A DNA stretch of 63,801 nucleotides, filler included, from Hausera hauseri (Eukaryota): the NCBI GenBank assembly GCA_046269625.1. It is 11 parts of 11 records of this genome, joined end to end, with 100 filler letters (N's around TTAATTAATTAA, not from the genome) between each part and the next. Parts side by side here need not be neighbours in the genome. Positions count along the whole stretch, not along the records: positions 46,853 to 51,194 come from JBJURY010626441.1; positions 51,295 to 58,408 come from JBJURY010037112.1; positions 58,509 to 63,801 come from JBJURY010287947.1; 8 more parts are not named here. The stretch is one strand, 5' to 3'. Below the pieces are notes generated by a model. It did no database searches. It was not told the origin of the DNA and saw only the letters and a program-made list of their open reading frames with translations. Positions 49,801-62,934 of the stretch are shown here, piece after piece (the stretch's first letter is position 1; the number at the start of each line of letters is the position of its first letter). The position numbers and the translations under genes were made by a program.

Positions 49801-51194
49801 AAAACTGGACATTATGGCAATTCACGTTAAACTCCAGCTCACGAGTTGCCTGGACCAAATGAGAAGAAAAGAAGTGCCATAATGAACAAAGTTAAAACTT
49901 ACAATACTCCAGAAGAATTTTTAAAACGAATTTCTGAGTTAACTCCAGATAAAAGAAATATTACAGCTAACGTTCTCAGAAAAATGCATGCTGATGTTGA
50001 TCGAATTCTTCGAAAATATAATATTGATACAAGTTATAGTTTGCCTCAGTGCCAAGGCATTTTTGATGATTTAAATAAAAATGAACCTGTAGCGGAACCA
50101 GCTCAGGCAAAACGTATTACTGAATCAGTTATCATTGAAGCTCGAACCGAAGCTAAGAATAGACTTTTACTTGGTGAAGAACATTCTGAAGTAGATGAAT
50201 TTATGCTTGAATGTTTCCCGGTTGATCCTCAAGTCGCTGCATGTGAACGAGCTCGAAAAGAATCCGATAAAGAAAAGCCGACTTTACCTGATCAAAAAGA
50301 CAAATTTGCTCGATATAAAATACCAAAAAGAAAACCTGAAGAAGTTTCTAAATCACCAATCACAAAATGAGATGTTGAATATGAACAAATTCACAGAAGT
50401 TATAAAATGCCAAATGACGCAGTTCCATCTACATCCAAATCAGAAGCGCACCCACAAAGTCCAGAAGTTCAGATTATTGAAAGAGATACTATTTATGAAG
50501 TTGCCGATAAAGAGCTCATAAAACATTTTCAGCCTAGAATAAAAGAGCAAATACAAAAGGATTTAAAGAAAATAAATGAAGGAAAAATTCCAAAGAATTA
50601 AAATCATCTAAGCTGATAAATACTTATACTGAAAAGAATTGTTCAAGTAGACTAAATGAAGATGACACAGATAAACTTATTAAAGAAATTTATAAGGTTC
50701 GAGAAGAAGATCTGGTTACCTCTCAGAAGGAATCAAGATATTTAATGGATTATAAAAAGCAAGAAAAATTAAAGAAGCAAATTGATGACATAATTGAAGG
50801 AGTTCTTGGTCGAAAATTCGAACCACCTCCGATTATAATCAGTAGTGATAGTAGTGGAAGACAAACTCCTTGTGGAAGAGATGAAATCAAACCCATCAAA
50901 GAAAATGACGAAGTCAATATTATAAAATTCATTGAAGAAGGCCAGAATCTACTTATGACTGATAGTAATGTATCTACCAAAAACGACTACTTAGACAGAT
51001 TATGTCTCCTACTACTAAAAAACAAGAAAATAAAAAGAGAATCTAAGGAACAGTTAGAAAAAAGTCGAGCTGACATGGAACTATTACTAGACCGATCATA
51101 TGTATCCGAAACAAAAATTGAATTGAAGAAAATCAATAATATTCTGGATCAAAATTTAAGTGAAAAAGAAAAGTTATTTTGGACTGATCAAAAG
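46853..51194 (+). mobile_element. Decayed relative of the contig-2 element (Gag, degenerate knuckle, unknown ORF, Ubl), tandemly duplicated with ~3662-bp period
   Basis: 46853-47530 is a diverged copy of 50515-51194; Gag at 49064-49830 and Ubl at ~48742-48966. Confidence 0.8.
49064..49830 (+). pseudogene. gag: Gag fragment homologous to 9316-11121
   Basis: AADAYNELTDEGKDKW...PTLSPHQQL..LQN...ESVTQY.YAL vs AADAYSELTNEEKKSW...PTVTPQQKL..FQN...ESVTQFAFAL; DGRQ precedes the knuckle in both; CNQCNKTGHYGNSR has its last Cys replaced by Arg. Confidence 0.85.
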
Positions 51195-51449
51195 NNNNNN
51201 NNNNNNNNNNNNNNNNNNNNNNNNNNNNNNNNNNNNNNTTAATTAATTAANNNNNNNNNNNNNNNNNNNNNNNNNNNNNNNNNNNNNNNNNNNNTACCAT
51301 ATATTGGCATCAAAGTCAATAAGAGCTGACGCTCGATGACTGTGGATCAATGACAAGACAAGACAAGACAAGTGACTTGTATACTATGCTGATATATTTA
51401 TGTGATAGATTATTAATTAAACGCTTATTTTATATTCCACAGAGACAAG

Positions 51450-52150
51450 GACATGAATGTGGGGTGTGTAACCGTGTCTTCGTGCGGCTTGATATCTTTC
51501 AGCGACATTCTAAAACGAAGCATAGGCGATGTCCCATTGCCTGTGGAATTTGTGGTCGTCTGTACGGGTGACGTGATAACTTGAAAGCACATACGAAAAA
51601 ATAGCATACCTCTGAGGAGAACACCGTCAGTTCAGTTGAGCATAAACTTGATGAAGGGGAAAAAACCTCGACTGATTCTAAGCAACAGAAAGCTAAATCT
51701 GACACAGCGGTTTCTTTACCAGATGACGTCTACAAATTGTACCAAGACAACTGGCTAGCAATTAAAACGCCCAGTAACATTGGAGAATACCTTTCCACAT
51801 ACACACATTTACACGGACCAGACACATGACAACCGTTTGGACTGGAGCTGCCTTTTAGACCATATTTTCAAACACCAGACTCTTAGATTCAAGCTCAATT
51901 ACAGTCACCACTTTATACTCAGACACAGAGAGATGGGGGAACTTAGATTTTATCACGCGTCGTCAAGTAACGCAATTGTAATAGACACACCTAAACTCAT
52001 CAATAACATACAGGACTTTGAAGATTTCGTTAGGACATTAGAAAACACCGACCCGCTTAGTTTTGCATTACATAATAGGCCAAATACCAAATACAGCGTG
52101 TGAGCAATTCCGTCATCCAGTTTTTATATGTACCATTTGAATGGTTTTCC
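51450..52150 (+). pseudogene. C2H2 zinc fingers plus domain typical of the region N-terminal to Polinton pPolB
   Basis: CGVCNRVFVRLDIFQRHSKTKH, CGICGRLYG*RDNLKAHTKK*H; YQDNWLAIKT...IFKHQTLRFKLNYS.HFILRH.EMGELRFYHAS...RPNTKY. Confidence 0.65.
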
Positions 52151-52299
52151 TAAAGGTTAACATATTGTATACTTTCTCGAATAAAGTTGTAATAAAATAT
52201 GTCATGTTTTGTGTGTAATGTTCTTATACGAATATAATAAAAATTGTGTGTTGTTACAATTAGGCCAACTACACGTTATCTACTCAAGTACACTTCAGC

Positions 52300-53010
52300 G
52301 GCCATCTTGACTTCACCTTCTGCTGTAACATGACCCCGTGGACCATTCAGTCACCATCTTGATTTCACTTGACTTTACCCTCTGAGTTCACCTTCTGCTG
52401 TCACATGACCCCGCTTCCTGTTGCTCCCTCTTCCGCTTGACTTTGTCCTCTGAGTTCACCTTCTGTTGTCACCTGACTCTGCATCGGGTTCCGCGCTCTT
52501 CCGCCTGCCTTTGATCACAAAAATATGACCATTGAATGCCTCATCAGGCTCACATAAGAATGAAGTAGACGACCTAAACCACGCCCGCGTCTTGAGAAAC
52601 ACGCCCTTAGTAGAAAAAATGTATCCCTAAACACGAAGAAGACGTCCTAAAACACAGCCCGCATCCCTGAAGACACGTCCTTAACATAAAAAATGTGTCC
52701 TTAATCACGTCCTAAACCACCGCCCGCATCCTTGAGAAACCCGCCCTTAACCAAAAATATCGCCCCGAAACACAAAGCCAACGCCCTAAACCACTGCTAG
52801 CATCCTTGAAGTTACGCCCTCAACAGAAAATATCACCGTTACATGTTCCTAAACACGAAAAAGCCGACCTAAATCCCCATCACCGTGAGAAACGCGACAT
52901 TAACATAACAATGTGCCCCTTTAATGTTCCGACTTGATCCCTAAGAACGAAGAAGCTGACTCACACCACTGCCATCACACTTGAGAACCGCGACATTAAC
53001 AACAAAATAT
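52300..53010. repeat. Degenerate tandem repeats (TTCACCTTCTG.TGT.AC.TGAC x3; AAACCACGCCCGCATCCTTGAGAAACACGCCCTTAAC-type units)
   Basis: Direct reading of recurring blocks. Confidence 0.7.
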
Positions 53011-53717
53011 GACCCGTCCTCGACCCACTAGCCACGACACCTGACGATACCAAAAACGCTATCAACCCCGAGACATGGTACCACCACAGTCCCTTACTGT
53101 ACATAACTAAAGAAATTACGACATCAAGATGCTGACTTCATCAAAAAGAATGATACATCATCTACTACAACAAAGACATAGCACTCAACACACCAAAGCC
53201 CCCTAACTAACTGCACATAAAAAGAACGATAAAGAAGAACACACCTAAAAATAATTGCATATATAACTTATCAAAGAACACATCAGAACCCCGTCAACCC
53301 TAACTAACTAATCAGAAAAAAGAATGATGATGACGATGTTAACAAATTAAAAATGCTAACTAATTAAAAAACAACGACACAATTACCTAATTAATTACCT
53401 AATTAAAAACAAAATATATACAAGATTTATCTCCCCATAAATAATTTCCAAAAATGTTATCTCCCCCTGAACATCGCCGAGCGCTGCCAAGCACAGCCAG
53501 AATACTTTGCTCTTTGAGTCAATCAGCACTGCTAAGCACAACCAGAATACTTACTCTTTGATTCAATTAGCACTACCAGCTACGCCGAATGAAATACTAC
53601 CCGGGTCCCTAACTATACTACTCTGGCGATCATGTCTCTGGACATCTCTATATTTCATGTGCTCGATATCAAATTTTTGGATGACTTTGTCAATACCAAT
53701 ACTATATTACCCGTGTG

Positions 53718-56700
53718 GGTGAGAATTTTTGTATTTTTGCTGTTAAATAATAGTGCTTTGTATAATTTTATGAATTGATATGTGATTGTATTGGTCTATT
53801 TATTATGTAAGTAGGGTACCCAGATAGGTGGCGGGATCCATAGGGGAAATAATTTTTTCACATTTTATTTTTATTATATTTGTATGCAATATCAGCAAAT
53901 TCTTGTTCATAAGTGGCTACCTTGTTTTTCATGTTGTAAGTCTTGATAATCATGGGTGTCGTCAGCAGAGGTCGGCTATGTGAATACCGGGGTAGTAAGG
54001 GGAGATAATTTTCAGCGCATTTGGCATGAGTATTGAAGGAGTGAAGAATTAATTCACGAGGGACCGGGGTGATAATTTTGAGTCACATTTAGCAAGAGTA
54101 TTGAAGGAATGAAGAATTAATTCAGGCAGAACAGGAGTGATAACTCCTGTCAAGTACTCGAAAAAGTAAAGGGAAATAATTTTGAGTCTTATTTGGCAGG
54201 TATATGGAAGAAGTGAAGAATTAATTCAGGGGTTAGGAGCAATAGCGCTTGTCAGGTACCCGAGTAGGTAAGGGTAGATAATGTTTGTCGAATTGTATCG
54301 AGGTAATGAGGATGTCGTCCTGTCCATCTCGCTGAGGGCTAGCTTTACTAGAAGGTTGACCCTTGTAGTAGATTCCTGATTGTTGAGGGTGGATCCATGG
54401 TGTTGGTTTAGGTCTTTGTGGTCATCAGCAGATAACTAGTAATTTCCCCCAAGGATAATTTGGTCTTGCCCAGGCTTGTTTCCCAAGTAAGCATAGTAAT
54501 GAGAAAAAACTCGTAGTGACGTACAAATTAAAAAGGCAAACAGAGAAATTTACTTTTTTTATTTACAATTTTTTTTACTGACTTGTCTGTATGGAAAAAC
54601 TCATAATGTCATATTGTGCATAACACAGGCATAGTACGGCAATAGAAAAAATAATTTATTTGTCCATACACATATTTATTCTTTTTTTTTTATTCATTTT
54701 TTATTCATTTTTATTCATATGAAGTCTGGCAGTAGGAAAAATAAAGTTTTATTCGTATACACACATTTATTAGCAGTTAAATAGTGCATTTTTATTCATA
54801 GGAAATTCTTCGCACAATACAGAATGTGTTTGATACGTGTGTTTGTGTTTAAATGTCTAAGGTGGCTGTAGTAATGCGTTTCCTCGCTCGCAACAAAGCG
54901 TGAGTGTCAGGTTAACTAGGCGCGGGGAGAAAGTAGATGACATTTAGATAACCGAGAGCCCATTAATTTTACGTTTGTGTTTTTGTTATTCCTTATAACT
55001 ACATACTTGTATACATTAAAATGTATTCCTTATATGTTCCTCTCCACTATTTCTCACTACACATAAATAGACCTAACCCCTGAACAAGCCTGGGCAATAT
55101 CTATGTGGACAACAGAAGACCGATCCACCCCCAAAACCGGTGACAAGCCAAGATCCACCCCTCAACAACATGTACAAGACGAGACCCTAACCTCTGAGGA
55201 TGACCCGAAGACCCATCCCGCAACAACAGGGACAAGCCGAGATCCTAACCTCTGAGGATGACAATAACCCATCACACAACAACATGGACTGGACGAGATC
55301 CGCTTCCACCTCGGGAAACAAGCGGACTGGGAAAATGGCTGACCTGGAAAAATGATTCACCTGATTGGTCGACATGGAAAATTGCTGGCATGGAAAATGA
55401 TCGATCAGAATGTCGACTTGAATGGCCGACATGGAATAATTGCTGACTTGTACGGCCGACTTGGAAAAATGACCGACCTGAAAAACCGACCTGAATGGAC
55501 AATATGGAATACTTACTGACTTGCATGGACGACCTGGGAAAAATATGTCCAATCTGAATGGCCAATATGGAAAATTGCTGGCATGGAGAAATGGTCGACC
55601 TGAATACTCAACTTGAAAGACCGACCCGAAGAATGGCTGACATGGAATAATGGCTGACGTACATGGCCGACTTGAATGACCAACATGAATGGTCGACTTG
55701 AGTGACCGACCTGGGAATAAATGTCCGACCAGAGTGGCCGACATGGAAAATTGATGGCATGGAAAAAAGTTGCCGCCCCGGAAAAAATGGCCGATATGAA
55801 AGGTCCACTTGAAATGCCGATTTTAATGATCGACATGGAAAAAATGGCCGACGAGAAAGGTCTGTGTTATGTATAGAGATATATAGTTACAAGTAATAAC
55901 AAAAACACCAACGAAAAATTCGTGTGAAAACACCATGACACACGCGTTCAGCTATAGTGTAAATTGATATCTCTTTTCAATGTTGTTGTTCGAACCTAAC
56001 ATGTTGAGAACGGGCTCTCGGTTATCTTTATCTTAAAGTCAATTACTTTCTCCCTGCGCCTAGGCAACCTGTAACTCACACTTTGTTCTGAGTGAGGGAA
56101 TCTCATTAGAACAGCCACATTAGACATTTAAACACAAACACATGTATCATAATGTACATACGGTATTGTATGAAGAATTTCCTATGAATAAAAATGCACT
56201 ATTTAACAGCGAATAAATGTGTTTCTACGAATAAAAATTATTTTTCCTACTGCCAGATTTCATATGAATAAAAATAAATAAAAAGGTGAATGAAAATGAA
56301 TAAATGTGTGTGTAGACAAATAAGTTATTTTTTTCTATTGCCGTACTATGCATGTAGTATGCACAATATAACATTATATATGGTTTCCGTACAGATAATT
56401 ATGTAACAAATTGTAAATAAAAGTAAATTTCTCTATGTTCTCCCTTTTAATGTGTACGTTATTAACTGTTTTCTCATTACTATGCTTACTGGGAAAACAA
56501 GCTTGGGAAAGATCCAACTGTCCTTGTGAAAAATACTAGTTATCTGCTGATGACCACAAAACCTCAACCACACCATGGATCCACTCTCAACAATGAAGTA
56601 TCTACTACAACGGTCAACCTGCTGGTAGAGCTAGCCCTAAGCAAGATGGGACAAGACGACACCCTCATTACCTAGACAAAATTCGACACAAATTATCTAC

Positions 56701-57150
56701 CCTTACCTAGTCAGGTACCTGACAAGAGTTACAAGTTCTATCCCCTGAATTAAGTCTTCACTCCTTCAATACTCCTGCCAAATGTGACTCAAAATTATCA
56801 CTCCTGTCCTGCCTCAATTAATTCTTCACCCCTGCAATATATCTGTCAAATGCGACTCAAAATTATCTCCCCTTACTACCCGGTATCACCTAGCCCACCT
56901 CTGCTGGCAACACCCACCTTTATCAAGACTTACAACATAAAGAAAACGGTAGCCACTTATGGACAAGAATTTGCTGATATTACATAAAAATATTTTTAAA
57001 AAGTAGCAATAATATTTCCCCTTACCGACCCCGCCACCTGTCCGGGTACCCTATTTACGTAATAAATACACAAATACAATTATCTATCAAAGAATAAAAT
57101 TATACAAAACACTATTATCTAACAACAAAAATACTAAAATTATCTCCCCT
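53718..57150. mobile_element. ~3.4-kb foldback element: ~1.25-kb diverged inverted arms around a minisatellite core
   Basis: 53718-55005 is the reverse complement of ~55880-57150 (e.g. TAGGGTACCCAGATAGGTGGCGGG vs CCCGCCACCTGTCCGGGTACCCTA; GATAACCGAGAGCCC vs GGGCTCTCGGTTATC); core 55330-55855 consists of GGCCGACATGGAAAA-type repeats. Confidence 0.88.
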
Positions 57151-57439
57151 TACCTACCTGGGTACCTGACAGAAGGTCTGAAGTCACCCACACCTGAATT
57201 AGTTGTTCACTCCTTCATTTATCTTCCTGAAATCCGCCCATTACCAGTGTATTCTACTATTGTGACTGTTCTACAGACCTCTTATTGAAAAATGGCCAAT
57301 CATAGATGTTTGTATCTTTCTGATCTTGCTGATAAGCATTCTGTCAGCGTATGGTTAACGTAAACATCTTTATTTGTTATGCATCGAATTTTCAATATTC
57401 ATTAGAGTCATACATACTCTGTTGCTGCAAATAATGGCA

Positions 57440-57845
57440 ATTTACATCATCATCGTCATCAGGTGCCACGCTGTGAAGCGTAGCTCGCCTTAAATCTCGA
57501 TCTCTCGCAATTCCTGGTGTCCCAATCATCTCTGCTGTTGACGTTCTCCTGAGCCATTCATGCAAACCATAAAGGCCTTCCATCCTCTGATCCTCTGTCA
57601 TCCACTACTATTATATCTCGGTATTTTGTCATGTGTCGACCAAGTTTCCAGACCTACTCTTCTTAAAACGTGCCAATTATAGATGTTGTCTCTTTCTTAT
57701 CTTACTCGTAAGTGGTCCTTCTCCTAAATCATCTTCATTTGTTCACTTTTCTGTCCGTGGGATTTTCAAAATTCTTTTGAGAAACCACATCTCTGTTCCT
57801 TTTAAAAATGTTTCAGTTTCCAAGATTCGCAGCCATACATTAGTA
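57440..57845 (-). mobile_element. RTE LINE 3' end with (GAT)n tail
   Basis: YGCESW...EMWFLKRILKIP.TEK.TNEDD...LHEWL...RDRDL.R; tail seen as CATCATCATCGTCATC on +; abuts a CAGTGGCGTGC hAT-like terminus at ~57847. Confidence 0.75.
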
Positions 57846-58509
57846 TCAGTGGCGTGCGTGACTTTATTTGCAGGAGATTCGCTACTACGATACTTTAAGG
57901 CCCTTTTGATGCAATGTACATCTTAACTAAGAAAATTTCACAGGCGACAAATACAAAGTGTAACTATATCAAATTACGCATTTTTGACATTAAAAATAAA
58001 ATAAACATACAACGATAAACTTGAACACAAAATTCAACAAACAATTAAATAGAAAAACAATGTTTAAAAGGTTATGAAAACATTTACCCTTATTTATTTG
58101 CGTTACACAGTGGACGTGCTGAATGCTATTGTTGATACCAAACGCTTCATCTGCTAATTATGTTTCTTTCTGTAACTGTCTTATTTGAAAACTCTGATAG
58201 CCTGTAAACTGACATAAATTAACTTCGCAAATTACTACAGTTGAACAAATTACCATAACTTGGCTTATGTTGTCTTTTCTTATTCACGATCCACAGTCAT
58301 CGAGCGTCAGCTCTTGTTGACTTTGATGCCGATATATGGTACTGTGCAGTTTTAATAAGCTGCTGTGGGCTGCCATATAGGATATTGTCTGTGTTAGGGT
58401 TGTCAGGTNNNNNNNNNNNNNNNNNNNNNNNNNNNNNNNNNNNNNNNNNNNNTTAATTAATTAANNNNNNNNNNNNNNNNNNNNNNNNNNNNNNNNNNNN
58501 NNNNNNNNA

Positions 58510-60340
58510 ATGCTGTTTTTTAAACACAAGGTCAATTTCCTAGGACATGTTAGTAGCTCCTCCGGACATTCACCTCAGCCGGACCGCATCACTCAGCTCA
58601 AAAACATACAACTGCCACGTACGTTAACAGAGATGCGTTCTTTCCTCGGAACCTTGCACTTTATTCATAAGTACGTTCCGCACTGTTCCACTTTAATCGC
58701 TCCATTTGCATTACTAAACTCTGGCAAGAAGAAACAGCCTACTCAATGGACCGCAAATTTAGTCAATGCTTTAGATGGTCTCAAAGACAATTTGAAAACT
58801 GTGGATATCCTGCTTATCCATACTCCCATGCAGAACTTTTCTTAACCACCGACGCATCCACAAAAGCTGCAGATGCTGTCCTACATCAAGTTAAAAAAGG
58901 ATCCCATAAACCATTGGAATTCTTTTCTTGAAAATTCACAGCACAAGAGCAGAGATATTTTACCTTTGACCGAGAGTTGCTTGCAATGGTTCTTGCCGTA
59001 AAACGCTTCAAACATTTCCTAACTGCACGAACTTTTACCATACAAACTGACCACAAGCCCTTGCTTTAAATTCTCACCATGAAATAGCCTTCTCCACGTA
59101 AGGGGAGGCAAATGTCGTATTTGTCAACATTTAATTTTGTAAGTAAACACCTAAACGGGGTCGGCAATTTAGTAGCTGCCTTTTTGTCCCGATCGGTCAG
59201 CTCGATTGATTTTACACCAATCTTTCCTCAATCGAAACTTCAGCAAAACCAGCCACCTCTTGACATGCTTAAATCTTTTAAATTTTGCAAAACCATCGAC
59301 GGTGCGGCCTTTGACACCTCCAAACCTAATAATCCTAAAGTCATCCTTTCTGAATCGCTTCAAAAAGAAGCATTCAACAGCATCCATTCGTTGCATCATC
59401 CCGGGGCCAAGGCCATTTTTCGACTCTTACAACGCCAAGTAGTATGGCCGTCGATGCGCTCTGACGTGCAGGCATGGGTTAGGCAGTGTGTGGCATGCCA
59501 AAAATACAAAGTTACTAAGCACTTAAAGCTACCACTATATCATTTTCCCTGCACGTCTCGTTTTGAATCTGTTCACATTGACCTTGTATGCCCACTACCC
59601 TTAGACAACGGCCATCAGTTCATACTCACAATAATGGACCGTTCCTCGCGATGGCCAGAGGCTGTCCCGCTTCGGAGCACTAACACAGAAACAATTGCAG
59701 ACGTTTTCATCCGCACTTGGATCAGCAGGTTTGAATCACCTCGCTACATCATTTAGGACCAAAGCCCACAGTTCGAATCCAACTTGTTTAAAGCTATTGT
59801 CAATCGATTGAAAATTAACCAAATTTACAGGTCATCATATTATCCTCAATCGAATGGCCTTCTCGAACGCTTTCACCAAACGATGAAAACGTTTCTCAAA
59901 ATCCTTGCTGAATTAAATCGCAGTTGGACTACACTCCTTCCGTACGTTCTGCTTGGCTGGTGGAACACACCATCTACTTCGACAGGCTGCTCTCATGCAG
60001 AAGCATTATTTGGTACTTCTATCAGACCATTATTCGAGCTGGCTGAGCTGGACAATATTCTTACAGACGAAACCAAACAAGCGGCCCAAAGACACTTCGT
60101 TGAGATCAGCAAAGACTCATTTTGCAGACTGTTACACGGAAATAAACCCAACATACCTGATGATTTATATACTGCTAACTTCGTATGGCTAAAAAATCAG
60201 ACGCCGTGTGATTTTCGACCCCAGTATGTTGGCCTCTACAAAGTAATTCGTTTACACTCTCACAATATCATCATTTTCAAGGACGACAAAGAAGTAACAG
60301 TCCACATCAACAATGCTAAGCCGGATTTTTTCATTGACGA
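58510..60340 (+). mobile_element. pol: Ty3/Gypsy pol remnant (RT C-terminus, RNase H, integrase)
   Basis: VNFLGH, MRSFLG, LTTDAS, TFDRELLA, TDHKPL, H..HHPG...C..CQ, VHIDLV.PLP, RWPEA, PQSNGLLERFH; several stops and frameshifts. Confidence 0.95.
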
Positions 60341-61100
60341 TACGTCTCCCATCGAAACCACTTCTCCACCAACATCTTTACACGACGCGCAGCAATCAAC
60401 AATTCACCTTCCATCTTTGCTCAATTTTCTAACTCACTTTCCCCTAAGTTTTCTCCCCAGACTTCTACTTCAATTTTTTTAGTTCAGCCTATTTTTTCCC
60501 ACCCGATTTTGCACCTTCAAGCCTTTCACACCCCCTTCATCCCCTGGTGACAACTTGCTTTCTCCTCTTACAAGACCTCCTCCGCCAAACACCATTTCGA
60601 TTTCACCAATATTTCCATCTTTTTGCTCTCTTCCGTTTTGTCCCTCTTCGCAGTCTTTTCTCTCCCTCTCGCTTTCTTTCTCCTTCCACACCTTCCTCAT
60701 TTTCGGCGATCGCTCCCTCCCTCTCTCCTTATACATCGTCTTTTACTCCTTTCGTCACCGTTTCGCAAATTTCTTCTCTTTTTACTCCTATCCATATCTC
60801 TCTTTCTCTCTCTACTACTACTTTTGTTTCATCCTCTATTTCTACTCTATCACCTAATACAATTTCAATTTCTACGCAACTTTTCGTCTCTCCTCCTTTA
60901 TCCGCCACTACACCTCTTTTTAGTCCTTTGTCTTCCAACACTCCCTTGAACACCTTCAACCGTCTGCCTCCAAAAACCTCTCTTCCTCCTTCACCTTCTA
61001 TTTCTCTTTATTCTGAACCATCTTCGCACGACACAACACTCACAAAACAATCCCACAATTTTTCCCCAAATTCAAACTCTGCAAGCAAACACACAGAATA
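60340..61100 (+). repeat. C/T-rich low-complexity tail of the Gypsy element
   Basis: Pyrimidine-rich tract; followed by a purine run GCAGGGAAAAA (~61138), a possible PPT. Confidence 0.6.
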
Positions 61101-61686
61101 AAGACAAAACACACAGAGTCACATTTAGCAAGTATTGCAGGGAAAAATCAGTAGATGGCGCCCAATGTCTTGTCCACACTAAGACCAACTGACACACACT
61201 TTTTCGTTTAGCGCTTGTTCCTTTCCGTCTGTTTTAATCTTTATAGTTTTCACTTTGCCATGTGGGGGGGGGTGATGTGGTGCCCACAGCGGCAGGTGCC
61301 CTTTGGCCCATTTGGTCGGGCACGGCCGGGCGTTCGTTGCCGCAGCGTCGGGTCCATAGTTGGGCCCCATTCCACGCCTCAAAAATTTTCCAAGATTCGT
61401 CGACAGAAACAAGCACCACTGAATTTTGTTTATATTTTGTAAATGTTATATTAAACAAGTACCTGTAATATAAGATCTGAAGAGAGCCATACTACAATTG
61501 GTCAACTAGACTGTTAATAACTATCCAACAGTGTATATCTGTGCCATTTGGCCAACATTCTCATTCCCTATAGCATTTCTACAATCCAAAAGCCCAGCTC
61601 AACAACACAGAAGATTCTATGAAAGAACAATTAACACGTTCTGATTCGGGTTACAACACTTTCAATGAAACCCAAAATATCCGAAT

Positions 61687-62559
61687 TTGCTCAAAAAAAT
61701 CCAAAATTTCCGGGAAGTCAAAGACGATAAAATACATGACAATATGGCGGCCGAGACAAAAAATGAAATAGGCTCAACGATGAATCAGCATTCACCCGAT
61801 GGAATGTTTCAAAAGAACCGAAATTATTGGTCTTTGAATATGACAAATGCTATGCTCAGCTTTCATCAGATATACAGACCATCACGCTTTGGTTTTAACC
61901 AAAATAATAATGATAATATTAAAAGTCGACGAGATAGTCTGCCTGATGAGGAGAACACTGACGAATATGATACAGCGAACGTGTCCGAAGCCAATTCTCA
62001 GTGTATTGTGATTGTAGATAACTCACCTTACGATATGGACAAAGCAGCTAATCTTCTTGCAGCTATTCAAAATCAGTCAAACAATAACAAGATGAAAGGA
62101 GAGAGAGATCCACTCAGTCCTATCAAATCACCCACATCATCAGACTATCACAAACCAGAATACAAACCAAAGCCGAGACCAACAAATAATGTCAGACGAT
62201 TTAGAATCGACAGAACAAATAGAAACAATATCCAAAATCAGGTTCATGAAACGATAAAGAAATTCCATAAAATTATCGAGGCCCAATTACATGTACAGAT
62301 TAACTCTAACAAACATTGTGATTCAACAATCTCCGATTTATCTAAACGTCTACAGAATTTTATTTTTAATGACTGCCAGGAAAAGAAAGACATTTTCAAG
62401 AAATATTACTCACAGACCATCAATACAAACAAACCATATGACTTTTCATCAGAAGAAATTGATCTCAATAATTCCGACTTTTCTAGATTCTTATTTTTAA
62501 AACGAATGACTAGCAATTCGATTATCTGTGGCAACTTAATTCTCTGTATTGTTTTCTAA
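61687..62559 (+). CDS. Unknown N/K-rich ORF, probably a retroelement fragment
   Basis: 290-codon open frame with no recognised motif. Confidence 0.3.
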   Translation: MLKKIQNFREVKDDKIHDNMAAETKNEIGSTMNQHSPDGMFQKNRNYWSLNMTNAMLSFHQIYRPSRFGFNQNNNDNIKSRRDSLPDEENTDEYDTANVSEANSQCIVIVDNSPYDMDKAANLLAAIQNQSNNNKMKGERDPLSPIKSPTSSDYHKPEYKPKPRPTNNVRRFRIDRTNRNNIQNQVHETIKKFHKIIEAQLHVQINSNKHCDSTISDLSKRLQNFIFNDCQEKKDIFKKYYSQTINTNKPYDFSSEEIDLNNSDFSRFLFLKRMTSNSIICGNLILCIVF

Positions 62560-62934
62560 TTCTATTTTTATTCGTAAAAAATAAGATCACACGTTTGAAT
62601 TCGAATTCTTGTTGAGCCATATTTAGCGTAAAAATTCCTTCTTGATTTAATCTTACAATTATCAATCGAAATTTGCTTATATTTGGAAATTTATTGTTTC
62701 AGTTTTTATAAGCGTAAACGGTGTAATCATATTTCAATTGTTGCTACGAAGTTGCATACTTGTCATATTTATTGTGTATCCAATAGTTGGTTGATTACAA
62801 GGTAGAAGAAACATTGCAAGTCGCAATAAATTCGTTCGGACATGGTGTACACAGATGCCATCTTGTTTCCGTGCAGAAACGAACAAACCAACATCGGAGT
62901 TCAACTTGTCCATTTATAAGACCAAATACAGAGC

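Noticed and set aside
55187-55836. Repetitive ORFs in the foldback core
   Set aside because: Open in several frames because of the minisatellite; no protein signature.
58510-60340. This Gypsy pol as the missing pol of the contig-2 element
   Set aside because: Different contig and base composition, no shared sequence, and no env after its integrase.
60479-61101. S/T/P- or L/F-rich ORFs as env or mucin
   Set aside because: Pyrimidine-rich low complexity that is open in all frames.
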